64,000 nt of DNA from positions 187,922,001-187,986,000 of the forward strand of contig NC_042997.1 in assembly GCF_006345805.1 (NCBI RefSeq). Direction: 5' to 3'. The notes beneath the pieces were generated by a model. That model was not told the DNA's origin. It worked only from the letters and a program-made list of their open reading frames with translations, and searched no databases. The first letter of the stretch is position 1. The number at the start of each line of letters is the position of its first letter. Source of the stretch: Octopus sinensis. Lineage: Eukaryota. The position numbers were made by a program, and so were the translations under genes. This document shows positions 1 through 10,969 of this stretch, piece after piece.

Positions 1-1290
1 GATCAGTCTAGGATCTCGGATGATTATTTAGGTATCTCTTAAAATACCCAGCTTCTGCTCCATGTCAATTTCTTAAAAGTTTTTGGGTAAAGTATTGAAG
101 AGTTGTGGTCCTTTGAGCCCTGGGAATTTTAGTACTGGATCCTGACTTCAGATGGGGAAGATAGCACCTTTGGTATTCTGCAGTGGTGTCTAATTCAAAG
201 ATGGAATAGCTTTTAATCCAAAAGTTTGGTGCTAGACCTTCCAGGATCTTTCTTTTCTATATTACTGTTCAATGTTCATGTCTTTGCTCTAGATAGTAGA
301 ATCTCACTTATCTCAGCTTCTATCTGGTGCACTTAGGCAACCTTCTGTGTAGCAGCATCATATTACTCCTAGTTCTGTTATTAATGTAGTCACTAAAAAT
401 CATCATCATCATTGTTTAATGATGACTTTGGGAACACAATTTCTTATCCTGTATTGTTCTCAATGAGCTCAGAACCCATCCTTCCAGTTGCCTAAACATA
501 GTAGCCATCTTAGTAATAGGGATTTGGAATGATGTGTCATTATTCATATTGTTTACCAGGTCATGCAATGATTGTGACTTTGGGAACACAATTTCTCCTT
601 ATCCTGTGTATTATGGTTGTAATGAATTTGCGAGGTGACAATACAGTGCTTGTAATTTTCCACCAATGAACTACATGTTTTCTTCATCTCTACTGACTAC
701 TGCATTCATCTCACTGTGATACTTTTCTATTGTTAGTGTAGCTAATGAAAGTGGTTGTATGACTGAAGCCATATCCAAGAGAGTCATAGCAAACAGCAAT
801 TTCTAAGAGATCCAACTTAAAAATTAATGTCTTCTCTGAAAGAATGCAGTTGACTCCAACAGCTTGGCTTCTACCTTCCAAAACGTCATGCTGTCAGTTC
901 CTTAGTTTCCCAACTATGTTGAGATTATGTGGCTTACAACATGTTCCCTTATTAACGTTACTGAAGGCATTTGCAAAGTTGAGATAAATGACATCTATGT
1001 TTGAATGACTGAGCTGCTGTTGCAATACTCACCCATAATACTATAGTAGCTCTTTTCTGAACAGGAGTCATGCAGCATAATCATTTTCTTCAAGGACCAA
1101 GTCACAGTCTTCTAGAAATATGATCAGCTTTCCTCTAACAATGTATTCCATGATTTTGCTGATGTGAGAGGTTAGAGAGAGAGGTCTGTGTTTCTTAGCA
1201 TCTGCTCTGCTTCCAGTTTTATAGTGGATACAAAAGGTATATAGCAGTATTTTCCAACCTGAGGCCACAGAAAAGTTCAGTGGGGCCACA
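1..1290 (-). mobile_element. Degenerate CR1/L2-type LINE fragments (RT start and 3' part)
   Basis: ORF 1068-1289 reads HRPLSLTSHISKIMEYIVR, matching the RT-start motif RPISLTS. The reverse complement of 1-390 resembles the younger LINE 3' region at 40329-40700 (GPQLFN-type segment). Confidence 0.75.
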
Positions 1291-1299
1291 GAAAAACAT

Positions 1300-2260
1300 T
1301 TTTTTGCATGTCCATAGTTTATACTGGGTACATCATATTGAATTCCTACTTATTCCTTTTCCACATACTGAGTATGGCCATTCTCCAATGGTAGCAAGGT
1401 CCTGCCTCCTTTCTTACATAATAATACTTTAGTCTTTGCTAAATTCAGTTTGAGGCCTCTTGATTTCAGGTTTTGTTTCCATGTCTGGAAGATCTTTTCT
1501 AATTTCTAAATTCAGCTAGGTCATCAGCATAGAGAATTTCCCTTGGGCAACCAGTCTTAAACTCCTTTTATGGTTTGGAGGACTTTAATAAACAGAAGGT
1601 GGCAAAGGATAGCCCTGGTGTATCTACCTTCACATTGAATTCATCACTACACTTATCATCTTTCATACTATACCACTCTAGTAGCTTGTACAGCTCTCAC
1701 AAGCCTTTCATCTACCACAAACTTCCCCAGTGATCACCAGACCACAGAGAGAGTCACTCTGCCAAAGGTTTTCTTTAGGTCAACAAAACAAGGTATGAAT
1801 TATAGATGACTAGATACTTCTCCTGCATCTGTCTTACTAGGAAGAAGGCATCAGTAGTACTTCTTGGCACAAAAATCAAACTGTAAGGTGTCTATGTTTA
1901 ACTTTCTTCTTGATTGTGTCATAACTCTTTCTGTAATTTTTATAACCTGGCCCATCTATTTAATACCTCTGTAATTCCCTTTCATAATGCAACATCTTTA
2001 CACTATTAGCAGTTGACAATGATACCACTACACATGTCACTAGATATGACACCCTCTTGTACTATCTGAATGACCAGTCCATATCCCATTCAACTAAATA
2101 TTTTAATTCTCTCAGCAGTGATTCCTGATTACAGCTAATTTACATCCACTAGGTAATCTTCCAATTACTGCTAGGGAGCTGCCTGGGCATTGCACAGAAT
2201 CTATTTGCAATTGCTCTTATAAATTACTATCATGGCACCTTCTGTATGTGAAGTTTATCT
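1300..2260 (-). mobile_element. Degenerate RTE-type LINE RT fragment
   Basis: The reverse complement aligns by eye with the RTE copies at 37.7-38.3 kb and 46.7-47.1 kb (STTDAxFLVRQxQEKYL, FVDLxKxF and YADDL segments), with many stops. Confidence 0.8.
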
Positions 2261-2837
2261 TCTCTGTTAGTCTACTTGTAATCCCACTACTCTTCTTATG
2301 TTCTCCTTAGCACACGTGTATACATACACATATATGTGTGCAAACACACAGACATATATACACACATATGTGCACGTACACATGCACTGACACTTAAGTA
2401 TGTACACAAACACAGAAAAGTAGACTTGTATCACCATGGGTAACATAAATACGCATTGTAACATTTGTGAAACTAAACCATAGACCTGAAAATATCACTA
2501 GGCAATAAGGTACTAAAGCAGGAGTCAGAGATAAGTACTCAGTCTCAACCAAGTAAAAAGAAAGAACCATGATTATGGTCGTGATCATTATCAGTTTAAT
2601 ATCCACTTTTTCATGTTTCATGGGTTGAAAGGAGTTAAATGGGGAAAGTTTTCTATGGCAGGATGCCTTTCCTATCATCAACCTTCAGCTGTTTCCAAGC
2701 AAGGTAATATTTCTCCATGGTCAGACATGTTTTCATAGAGTATTGAAAATGAATGACACTACTTGTATGATAGTGACACACATCTACAATTATCTTGTAA
2801 TGTCAAGACAAAGGGACACAAACATACACACACATGA

Positions 2838-2995
2838 TTAGCTTCTTTCAGTTTCCATTTACTAAATCCAATCACAAGGCTCTAGTCAGTCCCGAGCTGT
2901 AGTGAAAGATACATGCCTAAGGTGCCACACAGTGGATCTAAATGTGAAACCATGTGTTTGGGAAGCAAACTTCTAAACTACACAGCCACGCTTCA
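2838..2995 (-). mobile_element. tRNA-derived SINE head/body
   Basis: The reverse complement GCGTGGCTGTGTAG...TGGAAACTGAAAGAAG matches the SINE copies at 19705, 23372 and 30600. Confidence 0.8.
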
Positions 2996-2999
2996 TAAT

Positions 3000-3840
3000 A
3001 TTTAATGCATGGGATTTCGAAAGTTTCATATGCATAAGCAACATTTACACTTTTCACCTTTATATGGTTCTTCCAAGCCTAAAATATTTTAATCAAGTTT
3101 AAATTTGATGGCTTTAGATTTCAGGTTCCATAAGTATTCCAACAAAGAAGTTGGATGTTTTAATTAAGAATTGTAAAAAAAGAACTTCTATGAAGAAGAG
3201 CTGAGTTTGAAAAGTTGGAAGCAGAGACTTCATATTGCTTTATTCCATTATGGTTGGTGACATTACAGTAATGTATTACATTTTTTTCTTGAGACAGTAC
3301 CTTTTAAGGGTTACAAATTAACAACTCTACAATTACATCTACTCTTTAACAACTCCTATTAATATATCTAATGGTAAGTGATATTTCATATAGGTGTATG
3401 GTAGATAAGGTAACTTGTTTGATAACAAAGTCAGTAGGTGCTGTTACATCTACTTCTATTGCTATTAATAACTGAATTATTGCCAATTAGAATTACCTTT
3501 ATTGCTGTTAGTTTCTCCTACACATGTATAATTGATAGAGGCATTGCACCAGCATCCATCACCTGTGTTACCAGGATGAGTGCTAAAATCACTATCAGGG
3601 TTGTCATTAGCCTTATTATTTGATAAATACTTTGTTAAATTTATAATAGAGGCAGTAATGCTATCAGCTAAGTTTGAAATAGTTGAATAAGAAAGTTTTT
3701 TCAGTACAAATATTGAAACTTTGGTAGTATTTATGTTTTGGCAGAAAAGTTTTCTTTATGAAGAGTATGGAGGATTTATATTGTGTTATGTTCTTCTTCT
3801 TAGTTCTTTAAACATTACCAAAGTTTCTCATATATTATTA
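3000..3840 (-). pseudogene. Penelope-like element relic: linker and GIY-YIG endonuclease
   Basis: A frameshifted minus-strand translation gives NPPYS, KxSYST, CNCR...PLKG and HPTSLLEYLWNLKSKAIKFKL. These are motifs of the Penelope-type endonuclease and are homologous to the ORF at 5951-6310. Confidence 0.7.
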
Positions 3841-4054
3841 TTGCAAGGTAATTGAAGAACAGTGGGTTAACAAAATCATTGGAGTATCAGATAAAATATC
3901 TCAGTATTTGTTCAGCTATCTACATTGTATATTCAACTTTGCCTTTTCATCCTTTTGGGGTCCATAAATTCAAAAAATAAGGTTGAAGGTATCAACCCTC
4001 TCAAAACTTCTGGTCTTGTGCCTAAGTTAGAAATAATTAGTAGATGGCTGATTG

Positions 4055-4975
4055 CTACAGCAATATCGAAGGAAGGCTAACTAGGAAGATAGTTTTTGTA
4101 TGTGGCAGATGCTCAGGAGCAATAAACACTGAAAATGTGACGTGAACAACTTCTGCCACATTCCAGGGAGGAAAACTACAAGTAGTTGATAGCTTCCGTT
4201 ACCTAGGGACTAAATCAGTAGTGAGGGTGGATACTCTGAAAGTGTAGCTGCTAGAATAAGAATAGCCTGGACAAAGTTCAGAAAGCTCTTACCTCTGTTG
4301 GTGACAAAGGGCCTCTCGCTCAGAGTAAAAGGTAGACTGTATGACATGTGTACAAACAGCCATGCTACATGGCAGTGAAACATGGGCCGTGACTGCTTAG
4401 GACATGCGTAAGCTCGCAAGGAATGAAGCTAGTATGCTCCGATGGATGTGTAATGTCAGTGTGCATACTCAACAGAGTGCAAGTACCTTGAGGGAAAAGC
4501 TGGACTTAAGAAGCATCAGATGTGGTGTGCAAGACAGATGACTGCTGGTATGGTCATGTGGCGAGGATGGATGAGGATAGCTGTGTAAAAAAGTGCCATA
4601 CCCTAGCAGTTGAGGGATCCTGTGGAAGAGGTAAACCCAGGAAGACCTGGGATGAGGTGGTGAAGCATAACCTTCGAACATTAGGTCTCACCAAGGCAAT
4701 GATTAGTGACCAATGCTTTTGAAAATATGCTGTGCTTGAGAAGACCCTGAAAGCCAAGTTAGACCATAACCTTGTGGCCTATGCCAGGGGTGTAACCAGC
4801 CCACTTATGCGTACCTTTCCTTCATTGGACACTAAACTCTGCTTGTAAAAAGCACTGTTCGAGTGTGATCATTACTGGCACATGAAGAAAAGCATTCGAG
4901 TGAGGTCGTTGCCAGTGCCACTAGACTGGCTCCGGTACAGGTGGCACGTAAAAAACACCATTTGAGCATGGCTGT
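4055..4975 (+). mobile_element. 5'-truncated RTE-type LINE inserted into the PLE relic
   Basis: Encodes VDSFRYLG, LxGSETW, LxWYGHVARM and GRGKPRKTWDEVV. The 3' UTR carries one copy of the GTGCCGGTGGCAC-type unit. Near-identical in layout to 45470-47070. Confidence 0.9.
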
Positions 4976-5179
4976 TGTTAGGATGGTATTCCTTTTAACA
5001 CTGCTATTACAGTTCTTCATGATACAATAGGAAGTCATTCTATTCAAGACAAAACAACCCATACTAACGTTATTTAAACACAACCAGAAATTTACTATTG
5101 GTAAATTCATTGTACATATTTTTATTTATGGATCTACTTATGTCCATATCCTGATTATTTCTACTTGCTATTTTCTTCT

Positions 5180-5540
5180 CATCATTATCACTTATATTAA
5201 TTTTATGAAAACACTGTTGAATGAAAAGTTTTATTAACCTATAGATTTATTTACTAGGTGATTTAGCTATATAAGATACTAAATATGTGCATTTACTACT
5301 AGTTTTACATGAAATATTTTTATTATCACCATTTCTTATAGCCTCAGAATAGTAATCATCACTGTCCGGGAAATCAAGTTGTCAGCTGAAAGTTTTGAAA
5401 TTGGAATGGATGTATATTTAATGAAATTCTTAATTATAGACTTAAAGTGGTTAGAGAGCTGATGAATGTAATGTAAATTTTCATTTTGTTTATGGAAAGG
5501 ATGGTACAAAGATCCAATGTAACACACAGGAAGTTAATTT
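5180..5540 (-). pseudogene. Penelope-like element relic: RT C-terminal/thumb region
   Basis: ORF 5336-5527 YHPFHKQNENLHYIHQLSNHFKSIIK...ISKLS fits the PLE post-RT pattern PxxKxxxxxxYIxxxSNHPxxIIK. It is collinear with 3000-3840 across the RTE insertion. Confidence 0.65.
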
Positions 5541-5589
5541 TTAAACATTCCTTGTGATGATGATGTATGATTTACACACACACACATAT

Positions 5590-6432
5590 ATATAAGTAAA
5601 TAAATGGGGTTGAACGCAGATGCTATTCAAATTCTTTTACTTTCGACAACTTTGGTTTTATTCCAAAGGAATGAACGGTGTAAAATGCAATCTTCTCATC
5701 AGGAAAGAAAGAGAACCTATCTCAACAACAAGACATTATAACAATTTTTGATGATTGCATAAATGATAAACAGAACACTATTAAGTATTTTTAAAAAACC
5801 GTTAGTAGATTTGACATCAAAGGCAGACTCTAAGAAGAGAAGGGGTAAAGAAATAATAAGTAGAGAACAAATAAAGAGGGATATATTGGTTGAAAAAATG
5901 TTCAAAGACTTGGAAGTAGATTTCTCTATTGAAGTAAAGTGCACGTTGAACTAAATGTTCAAACTATACAGACTGGTAAAATCACTTATATGAGCTAAAG
6001 GTATGTTTCTGCCAGGTTTACATTTGTAAGATCGCTCTATGAGTGTGTTAACGAGGTGATTCTTAGAGAAGAGAATACGGAAGAGTTCAGAATTGCAAAT
6101 GTTACAAAATCCTTTGCCCTTATCATAAGGGAAAGATATGGACAGGATGAACCAATCTAACTTAAAATCCTTATTGTTGTCTTTAAGATACCAAACTAAT
6201 TTATTTAGCCCGGTGCTATGACATTTACTGCTATCCCTAAATGAAGAATAATGATTGGAAATTCTCTTAGATAACCGGGAAGAGGATGCGCCAATGTAGA
6301 AGTACCACAAGAAATTTTACATTGGTATATAGAATTCTTAATCTTAGAATTATTAGACATAAATTTAATTCTGTTGGGGTTGTCCTCAGAATTTGAATAG
6401 CATCTGCATTCAACTCCATTTATTTACTTATA
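5590..6432 (-). mobile_element. Penelope-like element 3' fragment: GIY-YIG endonuclease pseudogene plus 3' region, with an inverted copy of its own 3' end
   Basis: NSIYQCKISC, then a frameshift, then YFYIGASSSRLSKRISNHYSSF...STGLNKLVWYLK...DWFIL...CNICNSE (about 6388-5951). Positions 5590-5632 and 6388-6432 are about 45-bp inverted copies. Confidence 0.85.
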
Positions 6433-6576
6433 CGACACAAATTACTGCACATTAACCCGGAGTTTCTACCTTTGAATAAGGCCGCTACATCCTTGTTACT
6501 GGCGTGAATTTTGCTACCCTGGTAACTGTTTATTGAATTTTCCATGTTAACAGTAAACAAAGGATAATTCACTCAT

Positions 6577-6611
<35 letters not shown>

Positions 6612-6614
6612 AAA

Positions 6615-6704
6615 TTTAAATAATAGGATAAAATCTTTATAAGAATTATCAAGTAGTCAGCTTGAAAAACCTCATCTTATAAAGATTTTATCCTATTATT
6701 TAAA
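6615..6704. repeat. Perfect 30-bp inverted repeat with 30-nt spacer next to (TA)n
   Basis: 6615-6644 is the exact reverse complement of 6675-6704. Confidence 0.9.
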
Positions 6705-6804
6705 CTTTAAATTTAACAGGAATATATTTAGTGCTGAATTATTCTGAATATACCAAGATGCAATTCAAAAATACCGCCTCTTACATATACATATATATTT
6801 ATAT

Positions 6805-6847
<43 letters not shown>

Positions 6848-7132
6848 TATATAGGAGTGAACAACTCTATGTACTGTGCTGGATACATTTGATGTTCGTC
6901 TGGTATGTTGATTTTTTTTGTCCATTTTTATGTGTCTTGATTATGCCTGCAATGACAATTAAAAAGTACATTTTGTGCACTAATTATGAAATCATATGAT
7001 CTGCGGCTGAATCTGTTTTTAAGGAGCTCGCTTCGAGAGTTGCATTCCCCCGTGTTCTGTACACTGTATTTATTATGTCCCTCATAGCGCAAGGCACTTA
7101 TGTATAATAATGCCCTTAATATAGATATATAT

Positions 7133-7136
<4 letters not shown>

Positions 7137-7188
<52 letters not shown>
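7137..7188. repeat. (AG)n microsatellite
   Basis: Direct reading. Confidence 0.95.
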
Positions 7189-7190
<2 letters not shown>

Positions 7191-7403
7191 TATGAGAGGT
7201 AATGGTGTCAATAAGGTCCAAAGGTGTTGGATAATGCTGAGTAAGTGCTATGGACAGACTATAGTTAAGCTCCAGGTTCAGTGATTATGCAAATGAGGAG
7301 CCCAATGTAGGTCAAATATCAGCATATGTATATATAAAAAAATTTTCAGAATGAGATAAAAATCCAAGGCTGTGAAAGATTTTAGAACATTTATAAATAG
7401 AAG

Positions 7404-7451
7404 GTCTTACAGCTGTTTCCGGGATATTTTATGTATCCCTTCATCGGAGAC
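7404..7451 (-). ncRNA. Minimal type I hammerhead ribozyme motif (left arm; core reads CCGAUGA)
   Basis: Minus strand: GTCT-CCGATGA-A-GGGATA-cataaaa-TATCCC-G-GAAA-CAGCTG-TA-AGAC. Stem I GTCT/AGAC, stem II 6 bp, palindromic stem III ACAGCTGT, GUA site. U4 is mutated to C. Confidence 0.75.
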
Positions 7452-7726
7452 GGTGTGAGAAAATGGTTAAGCAATAGTTATTCTAGATAAGATATAAAAT
7501 AGAGAGTGGAGGAATGAAAATAGACGTGAGATATGCAGGAATATTGCATCTGATTCATTATTTAGGCAGAATAGTATACATATAAGATTCCAGTACCATT
7601 CTGCCAGAATAATGGATCTACAGAAACAATATCCCTGCATATTTCACGTCTATTTTCATTCCTCCACTTCACTCTCTATTTTATATCTTATCTAGAATAA
7701 CTATTGCTTAACCATTTTCTCACACC

Positions 7727-7774
7727 ATCTCTGATGAAGGGATATATAAAACATCCCAGAAACAGCTGTAAGAC
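7727..7774 (+). ncRNA. Minimal type I hammerhead ribozyme motif (right arm; intact core)
   Basis: ATCT-CTGATGA(7731-7737)-A-GGGAT...ATCCC-A-GAAA(7759-7762)-CAGCTG-TA-AGAC. Predicted cleavage after A7770. Stem I is 3 bp in this copy. Confidence 0.8.
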
Positions 7775-9527
7775 CTATTTATAATTGTTCTAAAATCTTT
7801 CACTGCCTTGGATTTTTACTTCATTCTGAAAATTTTATATATATATATACACACACACACACATACATACACACACATACAAACATTTGAAATCAGAACA
7901 AAGGAACAATATGAAATACTGAAAAGCAACTAATTAGGAGGAGAAGGAGAAGCAGCGGCAGTAGTTGTAGTGGTAGCAAGAGATAATGAAAGAGGAGCAG
8001 CAACACCACCAGTAGCTGCTGTGGTAGTAGTGATAATAACTTTTAATTAAGAATTTTGCATGAGTCTGATCACAAACTTCCACATAACAATACTTTCATC
8101 CCACATATGATTTTTATAAGCTTTTCTTACAACAGACTCAGTTTTTGAAATAGCAGACTTCAACATGTTTACTCATTATAATGTAAAGTATAAACCTTTA
8201 TTACAGTGATAAAGAAATGTAGCAAAATACTGGAATCACTCAACAGAACATAATCCTATACAAACACACATAAATGTATGCACATAGAAACCCATTGATC
8301 TTAATATACAGGAAATTATTAAAAGAAGCATCTATGAAAGAAAAGAGACTAGCATATTTCTGATCAGGCTCACCTTTCTTTTGAATTCATTAATGAGATA
8401 TGTAAAAGTACAAAATTATGCTGCAGATAAAATAATTGTAACTATGCAATGCTCTATCCCCACTTTTAATACACAAAGAAAAGAAGCCTGTCAGTCAATC
8501 TGTTTGTTATCTCTTGTTCAACTGTCATGATGTTAAAATATTCCATTAATGGATGAGATATTTTCGGTATGTCAATGCAAGTGGAACATTCCTTTTACTA
8601 GACCCTGAAGGCTATAGGTTTGTTGTTCTCTTGTCTTCATGTCGTGTCATCACAACATAGAACAGCAATGTAGTAGTTATGGCAAAAATACAAATGCAGA
8701 GCCTGTGGACACATTTTTTTCATAGAAATATTTCTTTCTGCAGCAAACGAAAACAAGCTGTATGCTTTATAACCCAACATTTTCTAACTTGCTGAAATTT
8801 CTAACAAGTATAGATAATTGGAACTGAATAAAATGTTAGTTTATTCGCAATGATTGCTCAGCATTTCTCACCATCATCATCATCATCACTGTAATATCCA
8901 TTTTACAATGCTGAAATAAATTGGTTATGCTTAATATGTTACACTTTATTTTTTTCATACATTTTAATCCAACATAATCTCTCTTATGAAACAAAATCTT
9001 TTTCTGCACACCTCTGAACCTTCTTCTGTCACTTTGAATATATTTTTTATTCAGTATCCATCCACAAGTTCATACCAGTTAATTTTTTACAGATACCATC
9101 CAGTTTCTAACTACTCATGTGGCTGTCTCTCAAATTTTTTGTGTATATTCAGCAGCTTATGCAAAAACATGCACTACTTAGGATGACAGCAATTATATTT
9201 CTTCTCTCACAGGCATCAAATATTTTGTTAGTATTTTGTCGTTAATAACAACTCCCTAAACTTAACTTTCTCATATACTTGCCATTAAGTCTTAATGTCC
9301 TATAATATAAGAATCCACCAGTACACGTAACAACAATTCAGTGTTGTCTGTGGTGGAAAACTGGAAGTAAACAGTCTTTTGTGTAAGAAACAAAATTTAA
9401 CTTCATTATAGTAGGAATTATCTGTCAAAAGACTTCCTGTTTGCATCATGTGCATTTATTTTGTCTGTTTATCAAGTGAACTTCTCCAAAGTTTTCTTTC
9501 TTCAATTTTTTAACATAATGGTAATTA

Positions 9528-9748
9528 CAAAATTGGTACTGAAAAGTTCCTGGCTTTGGATAAAAGAAAATACAAGAAGATTAGTTAATTATGATTTTAT
9601 TGAACATATTTCCCCTCTCACAGTCACACACTTATTGCAGTAGTCCTTCAGTTTTTCTAATCCTTGTAAAAGAACTTGGAAGGTTGGGTCTCCAACCAGG
9701 CCTTTCACAATATACCCTTAAAGCCAAGAACTTTTCAGCACCCCCTTG
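9528..9748. mobile_element. Mariner-derived MITE
   Basis: TIR-like ends (CTGAAAAGTTCCTGGCTTT / AAAGCCAAGAACTTTTCAG), TA on both flanks, 221 bp. Confidence 0.8.
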
Positions 9749-10069
9749 TAACAACTCAAATGTTGAGTTAGAATTCAGTGATGTTTTATTATTATTTATA
9801 TATTTATTTAGTAATGATTTAATTAGGGAAGTTGGACTTAAGAGGAAATAGTGATATTTCAGAGTCATTTGTACATATCAGCTAAGTGATATCAATTCTG
9901 AAAAGGAGTAAAGTTATCATGTAATTGATACTGAGCCATAATTCATCATTCACTAGGATAAATAAGAAAATTTTAAAAGAAAGACATTTTATCTTATTGT
10001 TCTTTGGGAGGGTCATACTGCCAGTAATGAAATATAAAAATGAAACATTTTATTTTACATATTACCCAA

Positions 10070-10345
10070 CAATACAAAATTGATATCATGGTTGTAAGTC
10101 AGCCTGTACAACAATTGAACATGCAAATGGATTTTTCTTTGCTACTCTGACAACGGCTTGGTCTATTTTTGTGGGAAGCACCACTCAGCTGTCATGATTG
10201 CTTTGTAAAACTAAAATTAGACTTGTCTTGATCTAATTAAAATGACCATCCTACTTACTGTGTTAATAGATACTCCAAGTTGGGTCCCTATAACAATAAT
10301 TGTAACTTTCTTCATGTAAAATCACAATTTCTGCTCTGCTAGCAA
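10070..10345 (-). pseudogene. Tc1-type transposase N-terminal (HTH) relic
   Basis: Frameshifted RAEIVILHEESY...LGVSINTVSRM...DQAVVRVAKKNPF follows the Tc1 paired-like HTH pattern. Confidence 0.6.
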
Positions 10346-10450
10346 CAAAAATATCAAGTCCAGGTAGTTAATGACTTCCAAAGAAATTTTACATTGATTT
10401 AATGCAAAGCAAATAAACACATTATATTTATGTATTCATGAAATATATTC

Positions 10451-10888
10451 GCCATATTTGGATGGCAAATATACTTCACGATGTCATGCTGCTACTGTTT
10501 ACATCTCCCTCAGAGATTTATTATTGCTTGTTTCTCCTTTTGCGAGATCAGTGACGATTTGTCACTGGAAAAAGCATATAGTATTTTGTGTATAGAACCA
10601 GTTCTCATCCCTAGCTGGTGATTGTCACATGCTGATGGCAGGTTACTTCCCAGAAACCTGGGTCCATGTGTATCACGTAAGGCTAGAGATGAGAACGATG
10701 ATTTCCCTTCACAAATACTGATCGGACACAGACAATGTTGTTAGTCAACTGGAGATGTCTTCCTGGGGCTATAAACAACAGTGGCATTGTCCCCTATGGG
10801 TCAGCCCACATTTAGGTGGAAAATATACTTCACAATGTCATGCTGCTACTGTTTACATCTCACTCAGAGATTTATTATTGCTTATTTA
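10451..10888 (+). mobile_element. Retrozyme-like non-autonomous element: 354-bp monomer plus about 80-bp terminal direct repeat
   Basis: 10467-10529 matches 10821-10883 at 61/63, with looser extension to 10452/10806. Period is 354 bp. TATATTC flanks both sides (10444-10450 and 10889-10895). Internal HHR and several hairpins; no ORF. Confidence 0.75.
10601..10696 (+). ncRNA. Type I hammerhead ribozyme with extended stem I (degenerate copy)
   Basis: CACATG-CTGATGG-CAGG-ttactt-CCCA-GAAA-CCTGGG-TC-CATGTG. Stem I is 6 bp and extends via GTGAT/ATCAC and a 14/15-bp helix (10601-10615 with 10682-10696). GUC site at 10662-10664. A9 reads G and stem II is damaged. Confidence 0.75.
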
Positions 10889-10969
10889 TATATTCATTTA
10901 TAATATAATGTGCATATTTCTGATTGATTAATGCCCTATCATTCTTAATACACTAATTTATTGAATAAT

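Larger units (their letters stand above)
7339..7836. mobile_element. Fold-back (palindromic) non-autonomous element with arms of about 240 bp, in a TA-rich site
   Basis: 7339-7576 is an imperfect reverse complement of 7594-7836 with a 17-nt spacer and no ORF. Each arm carries an HHR motif. Confidence 0.9.

Noticed and set aside
10259-10340. Apparent minus-strand exon (MKKVTIIVIGTQLGVSINT|gtaagt)
   Set aside because: It is explained by the frameshifted Tc1 transposase HTH relic.
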